Shown piece by piece: positions 27,004 to 38,376 of a DNA stretch of 48,230 nucleotides. A model generated the notes under the pieces. The model was given only the letters and a program-made list of their open reading frames with translations, searched no databases and was not told the origin of the DNA. Source of the DNA: Basidiobolus ranarum (Eukaryota); assembly GCA_040143965.1 (NCBI GenBank), contig JASJQH010006896.1:1-48230 (forward strand), read 5' to 3'. Positions within the stretch are counted from its first letter, which is position 1. Each line of letters begins with the position of its first letter. The translations under genes were made by a program, and so were the position numbers.

Positions 27004-28224
27004 ATCCGATGATTTGATCACCACCTTGTTTGTTGTAGTAATCTCCTCATACATCCTGATTCTACTCACTTTTCTCGCTGCTCATTCATTCATACTACAC
27101 CACGCCACGCCAAATATCAAATGATGCATTTCAAATGATACCCATGTATTTTAATTTAGTCAAGCAACCATAAAGTTGTAAAATTAAAGAAATCCCACTT
27201 TCTATAATGTAAACAATCCCATCATATGGTAACTATCATTGATTCTTGCATCGACATACTCCTCTTGATGTCACTCCATAAGTACACACAGAGGCCTGCT
27301 TCCAAATGTCCTACTTGAAACTAGAGAATGTAACTAGGCATAGATGTGACCAAAGATGAAGTAAGATCTTTTCATTCATCACAATTGCCATCATCCTTAA
27401 CGTTTGAGTTTGGTTTGAAATGTTTGACTTTAAAAGATATTTCCTTTGTATTGAGGAGATTTTATGGAGAAAACAATACTCCACATTATAAGAAAGTAAG
27501 GACCCAAAGGACCATGAGAAATCCCCAGAAGATCGTCATGATGTATCAGCAGCTGATGAATTTGATTTGATTCGATTTGATTAAGGGTATTATTGACGTC
27601 TTAAGGTTTGAAATTAATTTGATTTTGTTGAGCTAAAAAGCATCAAACGAACAGATCATGTCTTGCGAATTGTTTGAAGAGGAAGGAACTAGCCGAACTG
27701 TGCGGTGAGGTGTAAGGTGCAAAGAACAACCAGATCCTTAAACTCTCCGCTAATATGTTCGGCCTTTGGAATGTTGAAGACAATGCTCGTTGGGGGTGGA
27801 GTAGACGGGGTAACTGACGTACATAGACTTGAGTTTTACTTGTTCTTGACATTGAAAAACTCAATCCTGCATGTAATGTGCAGAAGGTTTAGTCACCAAT
27901 GTAATTAGGAGTTTCGCTAAACAGTAGGCCATCACATAATATAAACATTCCCTATTCTATAGATCAGGAAGCTTCAAACATTATCTTGAGCTTACTCCAC
28001 AATCATCCTCTCCTGCAGTGTATGCCCTCCCCCACCCCTGGATCAGCAAAGAGAATGATGCAAGGTAAAATTGCAGTAAGAAAATAAAGAGACATTACGA
28101 GATGGTTTGAGTCAAATGGGTTCCCTTCCCCCTTATTTACCTTCTAACCCATCCCTCATCTCAAAGTTATATAACCCAACCATTTCTCTCCAGATTCCTC
28201 ATCAGTTTTGAATTCTCGTGTATC

Positions 28225-28881
28225 ATGATTTATCCTTTTAAAGATCTCAGATTCTATCTACTGGTCATAACATTGCTTCCTTTGGTATTGTCATTTCCTA
28301 CGAATTCAATGTCACCTACCCTTCCTTCCGAGTCGATGTTCACCTCAGAACATCAGCGAGTTTTTGAAGTGGATGTCGAAGGAACCCCCACCCTCTTCAC
28401 CCTCTCAGACAAGGATATTGCACTCAATGATCTAATCTACACTGGTAGAATACCTACGATGGTTAATGATCCAAGAGAAAACGTTCGACTTGGTTTGATG
28501 GGATTTGTCCTAATCACCTTGTTCTGTATTATAAGTATGATCGCTTGCTGTTGTGTAAGAGTCTATCTACAATGGAGTCAAATCAAATTGGATGATGGAC
28601 AATTGATTGATGATGAATTCGTAGTGAGATTTGAAGATAATATCGATATAGAAGACCCCGTTCCACCATATGCAGGTGCATCTTATTTCACACTAACTGA
28701 GTGGGCGGTAGAAGCCATCAGTAACTCCCTATACACTAGACAGCTAACCCCAGCCACTACTCAGAGATGTCTGATGTTCAGACAATCCGATATCAACACT
28801 CCTAATCAGTCATATGATATACCGCCTCCTCCTTTATATGAGGAGATTGTGGCTGAATTGATCGCAATCGACATAGAATAG
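28225..28881 (+). CDS. Single-pass type I membrane protein with cytoplasmic PY motifs
   Basis: 218-aa ATG ORF with signal peptide (LRFYLLVITLLPLVLS), a TM helix ending in ACCCVR, and cytoplasmic VPPY and PPPPLYEE. TATATAA lies at ~28168. Confidence 0.75.
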   Translation: MIYPFKDLRFYLLVITLLPLVLSFPTNSMSPTLPSESMFTSEHQRVFEVDVEGTPTLFTLSDKDIALNDLIYTGRIPTMVNDPRENVRLGLMGFVLITLFCIISMIACCCVRVYLQWSQIKLDDGQLIDDEFVVRFEDNIDIEDPVPPYAGASYFTLTEWAVEAISNSLYTRQLTPATTQRCLMFRQSDINTPNQSYDIPPPPLYEEIVAELIAIDIE

Positions 28882-29442
28882 AATGAGTGAATCCCTTGGA
28901 TTATTTACCAATTTTTGTTTAATATTTAGTTCACTTTCATGGATGGTTAGTGCATCTTTTTTCTCAATCCAACTAGATACATTTCTATAGAAAATATATA
29001 TGTAGAATCCCTTATTTCGCCTTCATTTTCAACTCCCCCCCGTTTAGGGTTAGGGTTGGGGGCCAAGGTATTTATCGAAAATTTTAGAGCAACCCAAGCA
29101 TCAAACCGAATGAATTCATTATTAATAGTCTACGAGAAAGTTTAATAAATAATTGCATGTCAAAGTGAAAATCGAGTGATAATTAATTGGGATAAATGGA
29201 GAGTGAACTTGCAAAGTCAACTGGTCATATATTATATTACTATATATTGTTAGATGTGTTCTAAAAAGTGAGTTAGTGGCTTGTTAAATGCAATTAGTAA
29301 CATGTTCAACATGAATATGATTAAATACCCTTAACTTAGGTAATGTTGAAGGGGAACGGGAAATAGGTTTCAAATGAGAATTGGTTAAATGTGGAATCAT
29401 GTTATGTAAGCAAAAATGCTGAAATGGGAATAAATCAATTAT

Positions 29443-31066
29443 TTAACCGTTCAAACAATCATTGCACATACAAGGCAGGTCAAAGACACCTATCTCGGTA
29501 TCAGTTGCTCCAAAATGAACTTCGAATAAGGGGTTTGGTGAATTGGGACAAGTGTGGAATTCTTCGACTTCAACCATGACTGTCAGTTTCGGGGTTATTG
29601 GAAGCGTTGGTAATGTTTGAATAAGTCTGGTTGAGGGTTGGGTTGCAAGAGGAATACTTGATGGAATCTTGGGACTGGTGATATCCACTACTTCTGATCC
29701 AAAATCTGTCAATTCTGAAAAGTCTAGCGAGTATCTACGATCACTCTCCTGTATGAGATCAGTGAGTAGAGGTGTCGCAGCCTTGTATAGATCAATTCCC
29801 TTCGACTCTACTACTTTCGGGCCTAGAGGCTCTGATACGCTACGATGATGTTTCATAAGGCGCTCATGGTGATGGGATTGCTCCTGAATTACGGTTGGAG
29901 TGGTGTTTGAACGAGGTAGTGCAACATCTGGAGATAGGAATTGACTTGACCTATTAAATATTTGGCTGATCCTTTCAACATTGGTGTGGCAGAACTCCAT
30001 ACTATCAGTACTATCATATCTGAGAAATTCCGATATATTCATGAACTTTTTGTTGCCCTTCGACTTCTCTTGGAGTGTTATTAACGGCTTTAAAGAGGCA
30101 CCCAGGTTTCTGGAGATGACAGATTTAATGGCATGCTTGTAAGATTTTGGCTTCTTCAATGAAGTTAATATGGATTGGAATTTACATCACGAAATATCAA
30201 ATAATACGAACTTTTATGCTGGCTGGCTTCGGTGGGGAAAAATCTTCCGGTCCTGAATTCTTTAAAAATTCATAGAGAGTCTCGGATTTTCTCACTCTTG
30301 GGACCATAAATTCGTCATCTTCGATTTTGAACAGGTCAGTCTCAGGCGACACTAAAGAACTTGAAATAGTGGGCTCTCGTGATTGTAGTTTTTGGAGTTT
30401 TTTAAATACCTGATACAAAGTCGAGTTAGAGCAATCCAAGTGGATAAGGCAACAATGTTCATACCTCAATACTACGTAATCTATTTGGAGTTAAAGAAAC
30501 CCTCTTGGTATCATCCGCCTTGAGTATCTCATCGAAATTGATATCCTAAATAACTTGGATGAGCAATGTGAATCGATAGTTGGGTAAACAATAGGTAATT
30601 TACCGTGGAAATGGCCAACTTCGACGGTAACGTTTGACTGGATTGAGTGCTTTCCTGGCTCTGAAAAGATTCCATAGATTTACTTTTATGAAGCATTTCA
30701 AGTAGGTGCTTGGATGATGTTCGATTATGTGTTTCTGTCTGTGAGGGTCTTATTCGTGCCCTCCCTCTATTGAACAGTCCCGAAAATGGGGACTTGGTAG
30801 GTAGATTGGTATGTATGGTGTGTACATGTCCATCACCATGGCTCAACTCTTTAGGTTTTTCTAAAATCACCTAATCTTAAATCATTGGGTCATGGACTAG
30901 ATCTAGTCACGTTACTTACTAAAATATATACTTCTATCTTCGTGGGAGGTGAACGTGATCTTATGGCGACTATCTTTTTTCTAAAATAGAAAGGGTTCGG
31001 CGTTAATCAAAGGAGCAAGAGAAGCAGTTAAAACAAAAATACCTCCAGAAATTTACGCAAAGTCAT
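29443..31066 (-). CDS. Multi-exon hypothetical protein, Ser/Pro-rich, with an ETLYEFLKNSGP motif
   Basis: ATG at 31066 (MTLRKFLE|GT). Short exons link ORFs 30529-30870, 30197-30469 and 29443-30159 through GT..AG introns of typical size. The exact joins are not all verified. Confidence 0.7.
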
Positions 31067-32203
31067 CGAACTATTAGATTTAGATGGGAACAGAGCCCAA
31101 ATAACAATTAAGAGTTGATGTTGAATGAGTGTGTAGTTAAGAGAAATGAGAAGATATGAACACCCCATGTATTTATATATATCGCAATTCCTTCACGAAG
31201 CAAGGGGATGGCGAAACAATGAACTCTATTCACATCGCTGGATATCTGTAGCATGCACCATATGTATGCATCATCTCTACATAGACTGAAGATAATAAGA
31301 GAGCTCCTGCCTCTTGCCACTAAGTAGTGGTAACCAGAAATAGCCATCCCGTTTGCTTCTGGATCAACCTTGGTGCATACATTCAAGGTCTGTGGAATAA
31401 GGTTTTGTTCGTATGAATCAGGATAGACAATAACCCACTCAGATTTAGGGGTAGTGGGAATGCACATCTCATCATCGCCACGCTTTCTCTCAGACCCTGA
31501 ATGATGATCACAAGTCCATCATGACCGGCAATCGTACCACCTATTACTTCATGCACTCTTACCACTGCACTTATTTTGATTCCACCGTTTCCCTTCTCTT
31601 CCTTACGTTAGGTACTTCTATTTAAACTACTGCTGTTAGCATCCTTATTGATCTTTAACATGGGGTGTTTCGAGATGACCAAAGAAACTCATTATTAATG
31701 AAACGAATTGCACTCATCTGTCCAATAATTGAATTGAGTTGATGTCAAGCCCAGTTGGCTGAGAAATCACATTGAGACCAAAGTGATAACTAATCTTAGA
31801 GACATCAAACGAGTTTTAACCTCTTTACCAGGAAAATGAGTAAGGATTAGGGTTGGGTTAGGGTCAGCGGGCTTCGTAATTAAATCACCAATAACTCTTG
31901 TAAACATATTAAAAATGAAGCATTTACGCCACAGTATGTAACCTATAACATATATGGTATCGTCTGAAATTAGTAGAATGAGTATAAAGACCCTTAAACA
32001 AGTTAGAATCTCATTAAAAAATGATAACATGACATCAAACATTCATTCATAACTTTTCTATAAAATCTAAACCTTGAACTGAGATTCTACCTGCATCCAT
32101 ATGGAACCACATAAAAGTGATCACGGCGTAGCTATAACTCCCATTGACGATACACCCAAGAAACCCGGTACCTGTATATCTCATATATCAACTTTACGGG
32201 AAT

Positions 32204-33166
32204 ATGGAATCTTTAACAAAATATGAGGTAACATTTGAAGAAACCAAAGTAATTGAAGTAGTACTAAAAATCTGGAAATTTTCAGAATCTACGTTTACCT
32301 GAAAAACCGACTCACTTTACCGGAAAACCCACTCGACCAATTTCTGTTCCATCTGGTATTGAGTCTGCTTTAGAGTTAGTAAAGTCGGAGTTTTCATTCA
32401 CAAATAAAAATTTAGATATCCAGAATTTCCACGACAATCAAACAGCCCTATACAACCAAAAAACTGTAGATTTGGGTTCTTCATCGAAAGACTCTTCTAA
32501 CCTTAATCGTTCCTCTGGAAACCCCTTTAACAAATTTTGGATACAATGGAAGAAATCCATCAACCAGGTACATATCTCATAAAATGTAATTTTGGCTAGT
32601 CGTAGTAACAGTGATCAATAGTCGCATGGTACGCACCGACGAAGTCAATCTCTTGGATGTAATCAGACAATAGTTCGCAAAGAGCGCAATAAAACTAACG
32701 ACGAGCAGGTAATCATCAAACATCAAGGAAAGACAATACTTTATACTAACGAAAACCTTGTAGGAACGTCAACGAAAAATGAATGAATTCGAAAAACTTT
32801 TAAATTCTGATCGCACAATCAAATTAACCTTAAGTATTGATGTGAGTTCAGACCTTTAACAATTACTTTACTCTTCTAAACATTAATCGTGATTTCATTT
32901 ACCAGCGACTTTCTACAGGTCGACGCAGTATTCTTCCCTCCAGAGGAACTCGAGGTCATAGCTATGGTTATCTGTCAACGAAGGAAATGGCTTCCACTTT
33001 TCAAACTTTAGCTCTTAACGATCAAAGTGAAAATAGATCTCAATCGGTTTTTGAGCCAATTGTAAATGAGGAGTTTGATAGATTCGATAGTTTTAAACGA
33101 AATTCATCCTTGGGCTTGAGTTTACATAGTGTGTCTCATGGTTATTGCCCAACACAGTCACAATAA
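32204..33166 (+). CDS. Six-exon hypothetical protein absent from the ORF track
   Basis: MESLTKYE|NLRLPEKPTHFTGKPTRPISVPS|DIQNFHDNQ...QWKKSINQ|SHGTHRRSQSLG...NDEQ|ERQRKMNEFEKLLNSDRTIKLTLSID|RLSTGRR...CPTQSQ*. Five GT-AG introns have mutually consistent phases. Confidence 0.75.
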
Positions 33167-33895
33167 TACACCAATATTATATTGTAGGCTCAAGCCTCCA
33201 TGTAAACAAACTACGTTCCTCTAATTACCATTATAACTTGACTTTTTTCACCTAATCAGATATACTATAAACCAATTTCCAACTAACCAAAAGGAACATC
33301 CTGAACTCAATTATGCATCATAAAGCAGATAGTTAAATCTGCCAACCAGATGCATAACCTGACGGCCACTACAATACGAATAGCATGGCTCATCGCCCAT
33401 CGCTCAATGTGGTTTACTGTGAATGCTTCAAACCAATAGTCGCTTAAGAGATATAAAGATTCGAGAAGCAGATGACGTTTTAGGAATTAGTAGATACCTC
33501 GATTGTTTTGGCAAAATTAATTTCGTAGTTACTTGGTTGTTGAGGTTGTAAAAGTAGATTTCGGAAATGAGATTTGCCAGCTTGCCAATTCATTGCACAA
33601 GTCATTCCGAAGAGTTATTGTTGGGCGTACTTATTTCTAGACTTGGGCAATGCTTTCTTGAGTTGATATTGACTTGAACAAGCTGTCTTGGCTTGGAGTA
33701 AAGCCCTTTTCATGTCATAGGAGTGGCTCACAACTATTACTACCGAAAGGAGAAAGTATTAATGCCCTATCCAATCATCTACTAACTTGGTACCCTGAGA
33801 GTTGTTGTTATCAACTAGGATGAACAGGCCTCCGAAAACAGAAACATATAAATACACTGGAGATAACCCAGAATAGCTCCACGCATTTCCAAGAT

Positions 33896-35059
33896 ATGAC
33901 CGTTTCCATTTCCCCCGAAGAGTACAGAAAGCGCAAAGTCGCCCTTATCAGTGGTGAGTTTCTCTACTTCGTCCTCAAATTTTTATGCTCCTGCAGTATC
34001 TGACGTATTTTTTATCAACATTTGATAGGTATCACCGGTCAAGATGGTTCTTACTTGACCGAGTTCTTGATCTCCAAGGGATACACCGTCCATGGTATCA
34101 TTCGTCGTTCTTCCTCTTTCAACACCGGAAGAATCGAGCACTTGTACAAAGATCTCCATGAAGATGGCTCACCCAAGATGGTCCTTCACTATGGTGATTT
34201 GACCGACTCCACCTGCTTGGTTCACATCATATCCCAGATCCAACCTACTGAGATCTATAACTTGGCTGCCCAATCCCATGTCAAGGTATCTTTCGATATG
34301 GCTGAATATACTGGTGATGTTGTCGGACTTGGTACACTTCGTTTATTGGATGCTGTTCGTACTTGTGGACTTACCAAGCACGTTCGTTTCTACCAAGCCT
34401 CCACATCAGAGCTGTTCGGTCAAGTGGTAGAAACCCCTCAAAAGGAAACTACCCCGTTCTACCCTCGCTCCCCCTATGGTGTTGCTAAGTTGTATGCTTA
34501 CTGGATTGTAGTCAACTACAGAGAGGCATATGATATGTATGCTTGCAATGGAATTCTCTTCAATCACGAATCACCCCGTCGTGGCCGTACTTTCGTCACT
34601 CGTAAGATCTCACGTGCTGTAGCTAACATCCATTTGGGCAACCAAGAGTGCATCTATCTTGGTAATGTTGACTCTAAGCGTGATTGGGGACACGCTCGCG
34701 ATCATATCGAAGGTATGTGGATGATGCTTCAACAAGATCATCCTGAAGACTTTGTCTTGGCTACTGGCGAAACCCACACTGTTCGTGAGTATGTTGAGAA
34801 GGCATTCAAGGTTGTTGGTAAGGACATCATCTGGGAAGGCAAGGAAGAGGGTCTGGTTGGTAAGGAAGCCGACACTGGTATTGTTCGCGTTCGTATTGAT
34901 CCCAAGTACTATCGCCCCACCGAAGTAGAACTATTGTTGGGTGACTCAACCAAGGCTCAAACGATGATGGGTTGGAAGCCTAAGGTCACCTTCGATAAAT
35001 TAGTTGAAGAGATGGTTCTCTGCGATATTGAAGGAGTTAAATCCGGAGACATCAATTAA
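33896..35059 (+). CDS. gmd: GDP-mannose 4,6-dehydratase, copy 1 (one intron, 33954-34028)
   Basis: [69 protein letters not shown] lies at ~33847. Confidence 0.96.
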
Positions 35060-35868
35060 TCCAAATAATCATATTCTAGCATAAGAACTGATTTCTACTT
35101 TCTGATACTTCACCCTTCACCTCCCCTCCTAACCCCATGTGTCTAAAAGTGAATAGTGTGTTTGAGTAGTATGTATTTTTAATTTCTCAACAATTTCATT
35201 CTTATAAATTGCGCTTCATATCAGGACTCATATCAGGACCCCATATCCTCAAATCTAATCCCTAACCCAATGCCAAGGATTTCGGGTAAATGATGTCCAT
35301 TGGATCGTTATCTAGTTCTCAATAATAGCTTAGAAAAATGACGCTAAATTCGAGATCAGTTATGTGACTTGTGGATTTGTAGTCTATCTTTCGGTTGGAG
35401 CTCATTCATTGGGTTATGAAATTTAGGACAAATGTGTGTAACCGTTAATATTAGATTAAAGGATAAAATGAAGTTGGTGTAGGCTATCAGTTAGTACGTG
35501 TAAGGCCTTCAGTAGGGTTAGGGTGAACACTATGATTTATGGCGTATATATAATCATCTAGAAATTGAATGTATCGTAATTATAGTCGTGTTCCTATCTT
35601 GATCATCGACTAGAATGGCTCTGTGTCATATCTATGTTCCATGATGTTAGGGCAAGTGCTTTTTTTAGGATCCTCTCTCGTTACATTTCTATGTAAGAGA
35701 ATATTAAGCTAATAATTTGTACTTCATTGTCACACGTTAAGGGTACATTCGAATATAGTTTAGTCTTCTTGAACGTTTTGAATATACAGAAATGTTGACT
35801 ATATAAAGGAATATTCATTCCTCTCCATCCACATTACTCCTTAATCTTGTAAAAACTCATAGTCTATT

Positions 35869-37002
35869 ATGCCTGAACAAGCATCAAATGTTGCCAACCT
35901 TTTTGGTAATCCTAATGGCGTGACTCTTAGTCCAGAAGAATACAGAAGGCGTAAAGTTGCCCTTATCAGTGGTATCACTGGTCAAGATGGCTCTTACTTG
36001 ACTGAGTTTTTGATCTCCAAGGGATACACCGTCCATGGTATCATTCGTCGTTCTTCCTCTTTCAACACCGGAAGAATCGAGCACTTGTACAAAGATCTCC
36101 ATGAAGATGGCTCACCCAAGATGGTTCTTCACTATGGTGATTTGACCGACTCCACCTGCTTGGTTCACATCATATCCCAGATCCAACCTACTGAGATCTA
36201 TAACTTGGGTGCCCAATCCCATGTCAAGGTATCTTTCGATATGGCTGAATACACTGCTGATGTTGATGGACTTGGTACACTTCGCTTACTGGATGCCATC
36301 CGCACTTGTGGACTTACCAAGCATATTCGTTTCTACCAAGCCTCCACATCAGAGTTGTACGGTCAAGTGGTAGAAACCCCTCAAAAGGAAACTACCCCGT
36401 TCTACCCTCGCTCCCCCTATGGTGTTGCTAAGTTGTATGCTTACTGGATTGTAGTCAACTACAGAGAGGCATATGATATGTATGCTTGCAATGGAATTCT
36501 CTTCAATCACGAATCACCCCGTCGTGGCCGTACTTTCGTCACTCGTAAGATCTCACGTGCCGTAGCTAACATCCATTTGGGCAACCAAGAGTGCATCTAT
36601 CTTGGTAATGTTGACTCTAAGCGTGATTGGGGACACGCTCGTGATTATATTGAAGGTATGTGGATGATGCTTCAACAAGATCATCCTGAAGACTTTGTCT
36701 TGGCTACTGGCGAAACTCACACTGTTCGTGAGTATGTTGAGAAGGCATTCAAGGTTGTTGGTAAGGACATCATCTGGGAAGGCAAGGAAGAGGGTCTGGT
36801 TGGTAAGGAAGCCGACACTGGTATTGCTCGCGTTCGTATTGATCCCAAGTACTATCGCCCCACCGAAGTAGAATTATTGTTGGGTGACCCAGCCAAGGCT
36901 CAAAAGATGATGGGCTGGAAGCGCAAGGTCACTTTCGAAGAATTAGTAAAAGAAATGGTCATCGCAGATATTGAAGGAGTTAAATCCGGAGATATCAATT
37001 AA
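35869..37002 (+). CDS. gmd: GDP-mannose 4,6-dehydratase, copy 2 (intronless)
   Basis: Uninterrupted 377-aa ORF with the same motifs as copy 1. TATATAAA lies at ~35800. Confidence 0.97.
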   Translation: MPEQASNVANLFGNPNGVTLSPEEYRRRKVALISGITGQDGSYLTEFLISKGYTVHGIIRRSSSFNTGRIEHLYKDLHEDGSPKMVLHYGDLTDSTCLVHIISQIQPTEIYNLGAQSHVKVSFDMAEYTADVDGLGTLRLLDAIRTCGLTKHIRFYQASTSELYGQVVETPQKETTPFYPRSPYGVAKLYAYWIVVNYREAYDMYACNGILFNHESPRRGRTFVTRKISRAVANIHLGNQECIYLGNVDSKRDWGHARDYIEGMWMMLQQDHPEDFVLATGETHTVREYVEKAFKVVGKDIIWEGKEEGLVGKEADTGIARVRIDPKYYRPTEVELLLGDPAKAQKMMGWKRKVTFEELVKEMVIADIEGVKSGDIN

Positions 37003-37218
37003 TCAACATCATCCATAGAGCTTGATATGTAAAAATAATGCTTATTTATTCACTAACTTCTAAAAATTTCATGATGATCTAACATCACCTTGACGTTAGC
37101 GGCCTTCTTTTCTCCACTCTAAATTCACTAGAAAATAAAATAGAAAATCAAATCAAATTCATTTTAATTACAACATTGAATGCGCATTATTATAAGTGAA
37201 GTGTTGACATTTTCATAG

Positions 37219-37932
37219 CTACTTACGACTAGCTACAAATAAATAAATATCTTCACTTCGCCATGTCTCATCCTGTTCATTAGGTTTAATATCCCTAAAA
37301 TGAAAGTAATCTCCGAATTTGGCAAAGAATCGAGCTTCCTCTTCAAATTTTCGACTTTCAAAGGCAAGTAGTACCATCGTTTGGGGATTCGAAAATTTCA
37401 CAAAAGCATCCAATAAAGGTTGATGTAATTTTTCGTCCCAAAGACAATCGGAACAGAGGATTAGGTCTATGGAAGTGTTTAGAAGTTGATCAGTTTTCTC
37501 CAAGTCTGTCCAATCGATAGTCAAAGGAGAAACACTCAGGTTCTCATTGAACTTATTTACGGAAACATTGTACTTTAATAGTGGTAATATACTTGGCTTA
37601 TCACTCAAGTAGAGTTGCTTTAAGTTCGCTATCACTCGTCCAGAAACTAAGCCTACTAAACCAGTACCTGAGCCTAATTCCAAACAATTGACAGCTTTGT
37701 TAATCATTTGGAAAGGCTCTTTCAAAAAGTTTAACTCTGTTGACTCCTGATTGCTACTTTCGGCCAATTTTTCAATGTATTTACTAAGAACATAGCTAGT
37801 ATCCCAAAGTGTACTTCCTACTCCAGCTGCCATATCACCGTTGGAATCCTGATGAATAATCAACGGGGAAATGCTTGAATCGTTGAAAGCATACTCCGTA
37901 GTGAAAGTAGTTGGTGGTATTTCGTCAACCAT
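37219..37932 (-). CDS. METTL21/Methyltransf_16 family seven-beta-strand protein-lysine methyltransferase
   Basis: GVGSTLWDTSYVLSKYI, motif I LELGSGTGLVG, DW and post-II DLILCSDCLW (DxxY-like). Confidence 0.88.
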   Translation of the reverse strand: MVDEIPPTTFTTEYAFNDSSISPLIIHQDSNGDMAAGVGSTLWDTSYVLSKYIEKLAESSNQESTELNFLKEPFQMINKAVNCLELGSGTGLVGLVSGRVIANLKQLYLSDKPSILPLLKYNVSVNKFNENLSVSPLTIDWTDLEKTDQLLNTSIDLILCSDCLWDEKLHQPLLDAFVKFSNPQTMVLLAFESRKFEEEARFFAKFGDYFHFRDIKPNEQDETWRSEDIYLFVASRK

Positions 37933-38376
37933 GTTAGAGGATTTGCAATCAGTAATAAATCAGCTCTAAATGATTTTGCTACAATATATTTATTGATTTC
38001 TTGACTAGATTTAATGTACGTCATGAAATATTAAAAACATTCATTCGATTTAAGCTGATAAGGTGTAACACAACATACCACCAAGAACTGTACTGGATAA
38101 CAATTGCATCCTTAGTGAAAATCAGTTGCTGTCACATTAATACACACTAGTTTGTACAATCATATAATATTACGGTTGGTGACTTATAACTTATAGTAAA
38201 TCAAACAAAAAATTACGATTTTTAATAAACGAAATTTGGATTTCTATTCAATTTTTAATACATACAACGCCACAAAGATTTCCTCTAACAGAAGTCATGT
38301 AACAAGTGCTCCGTTAAGAGAAATAAAATAACAATGACATATGAATATATATGACAGAAAGATGGCTAATTACAAT

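Noticed and set aside
27240-27908. Short ORFs on both strands downstream of DOA4
   Set aside because: I could not assemble a coherent spliced ORF or recognise any domain.
31108-31565. Two overlapping minus-strand ORFs (119 and 60 aa)
   Set aside because: No motifs and no consistent splice model. They lie in the upstream region of the 31066 gene.
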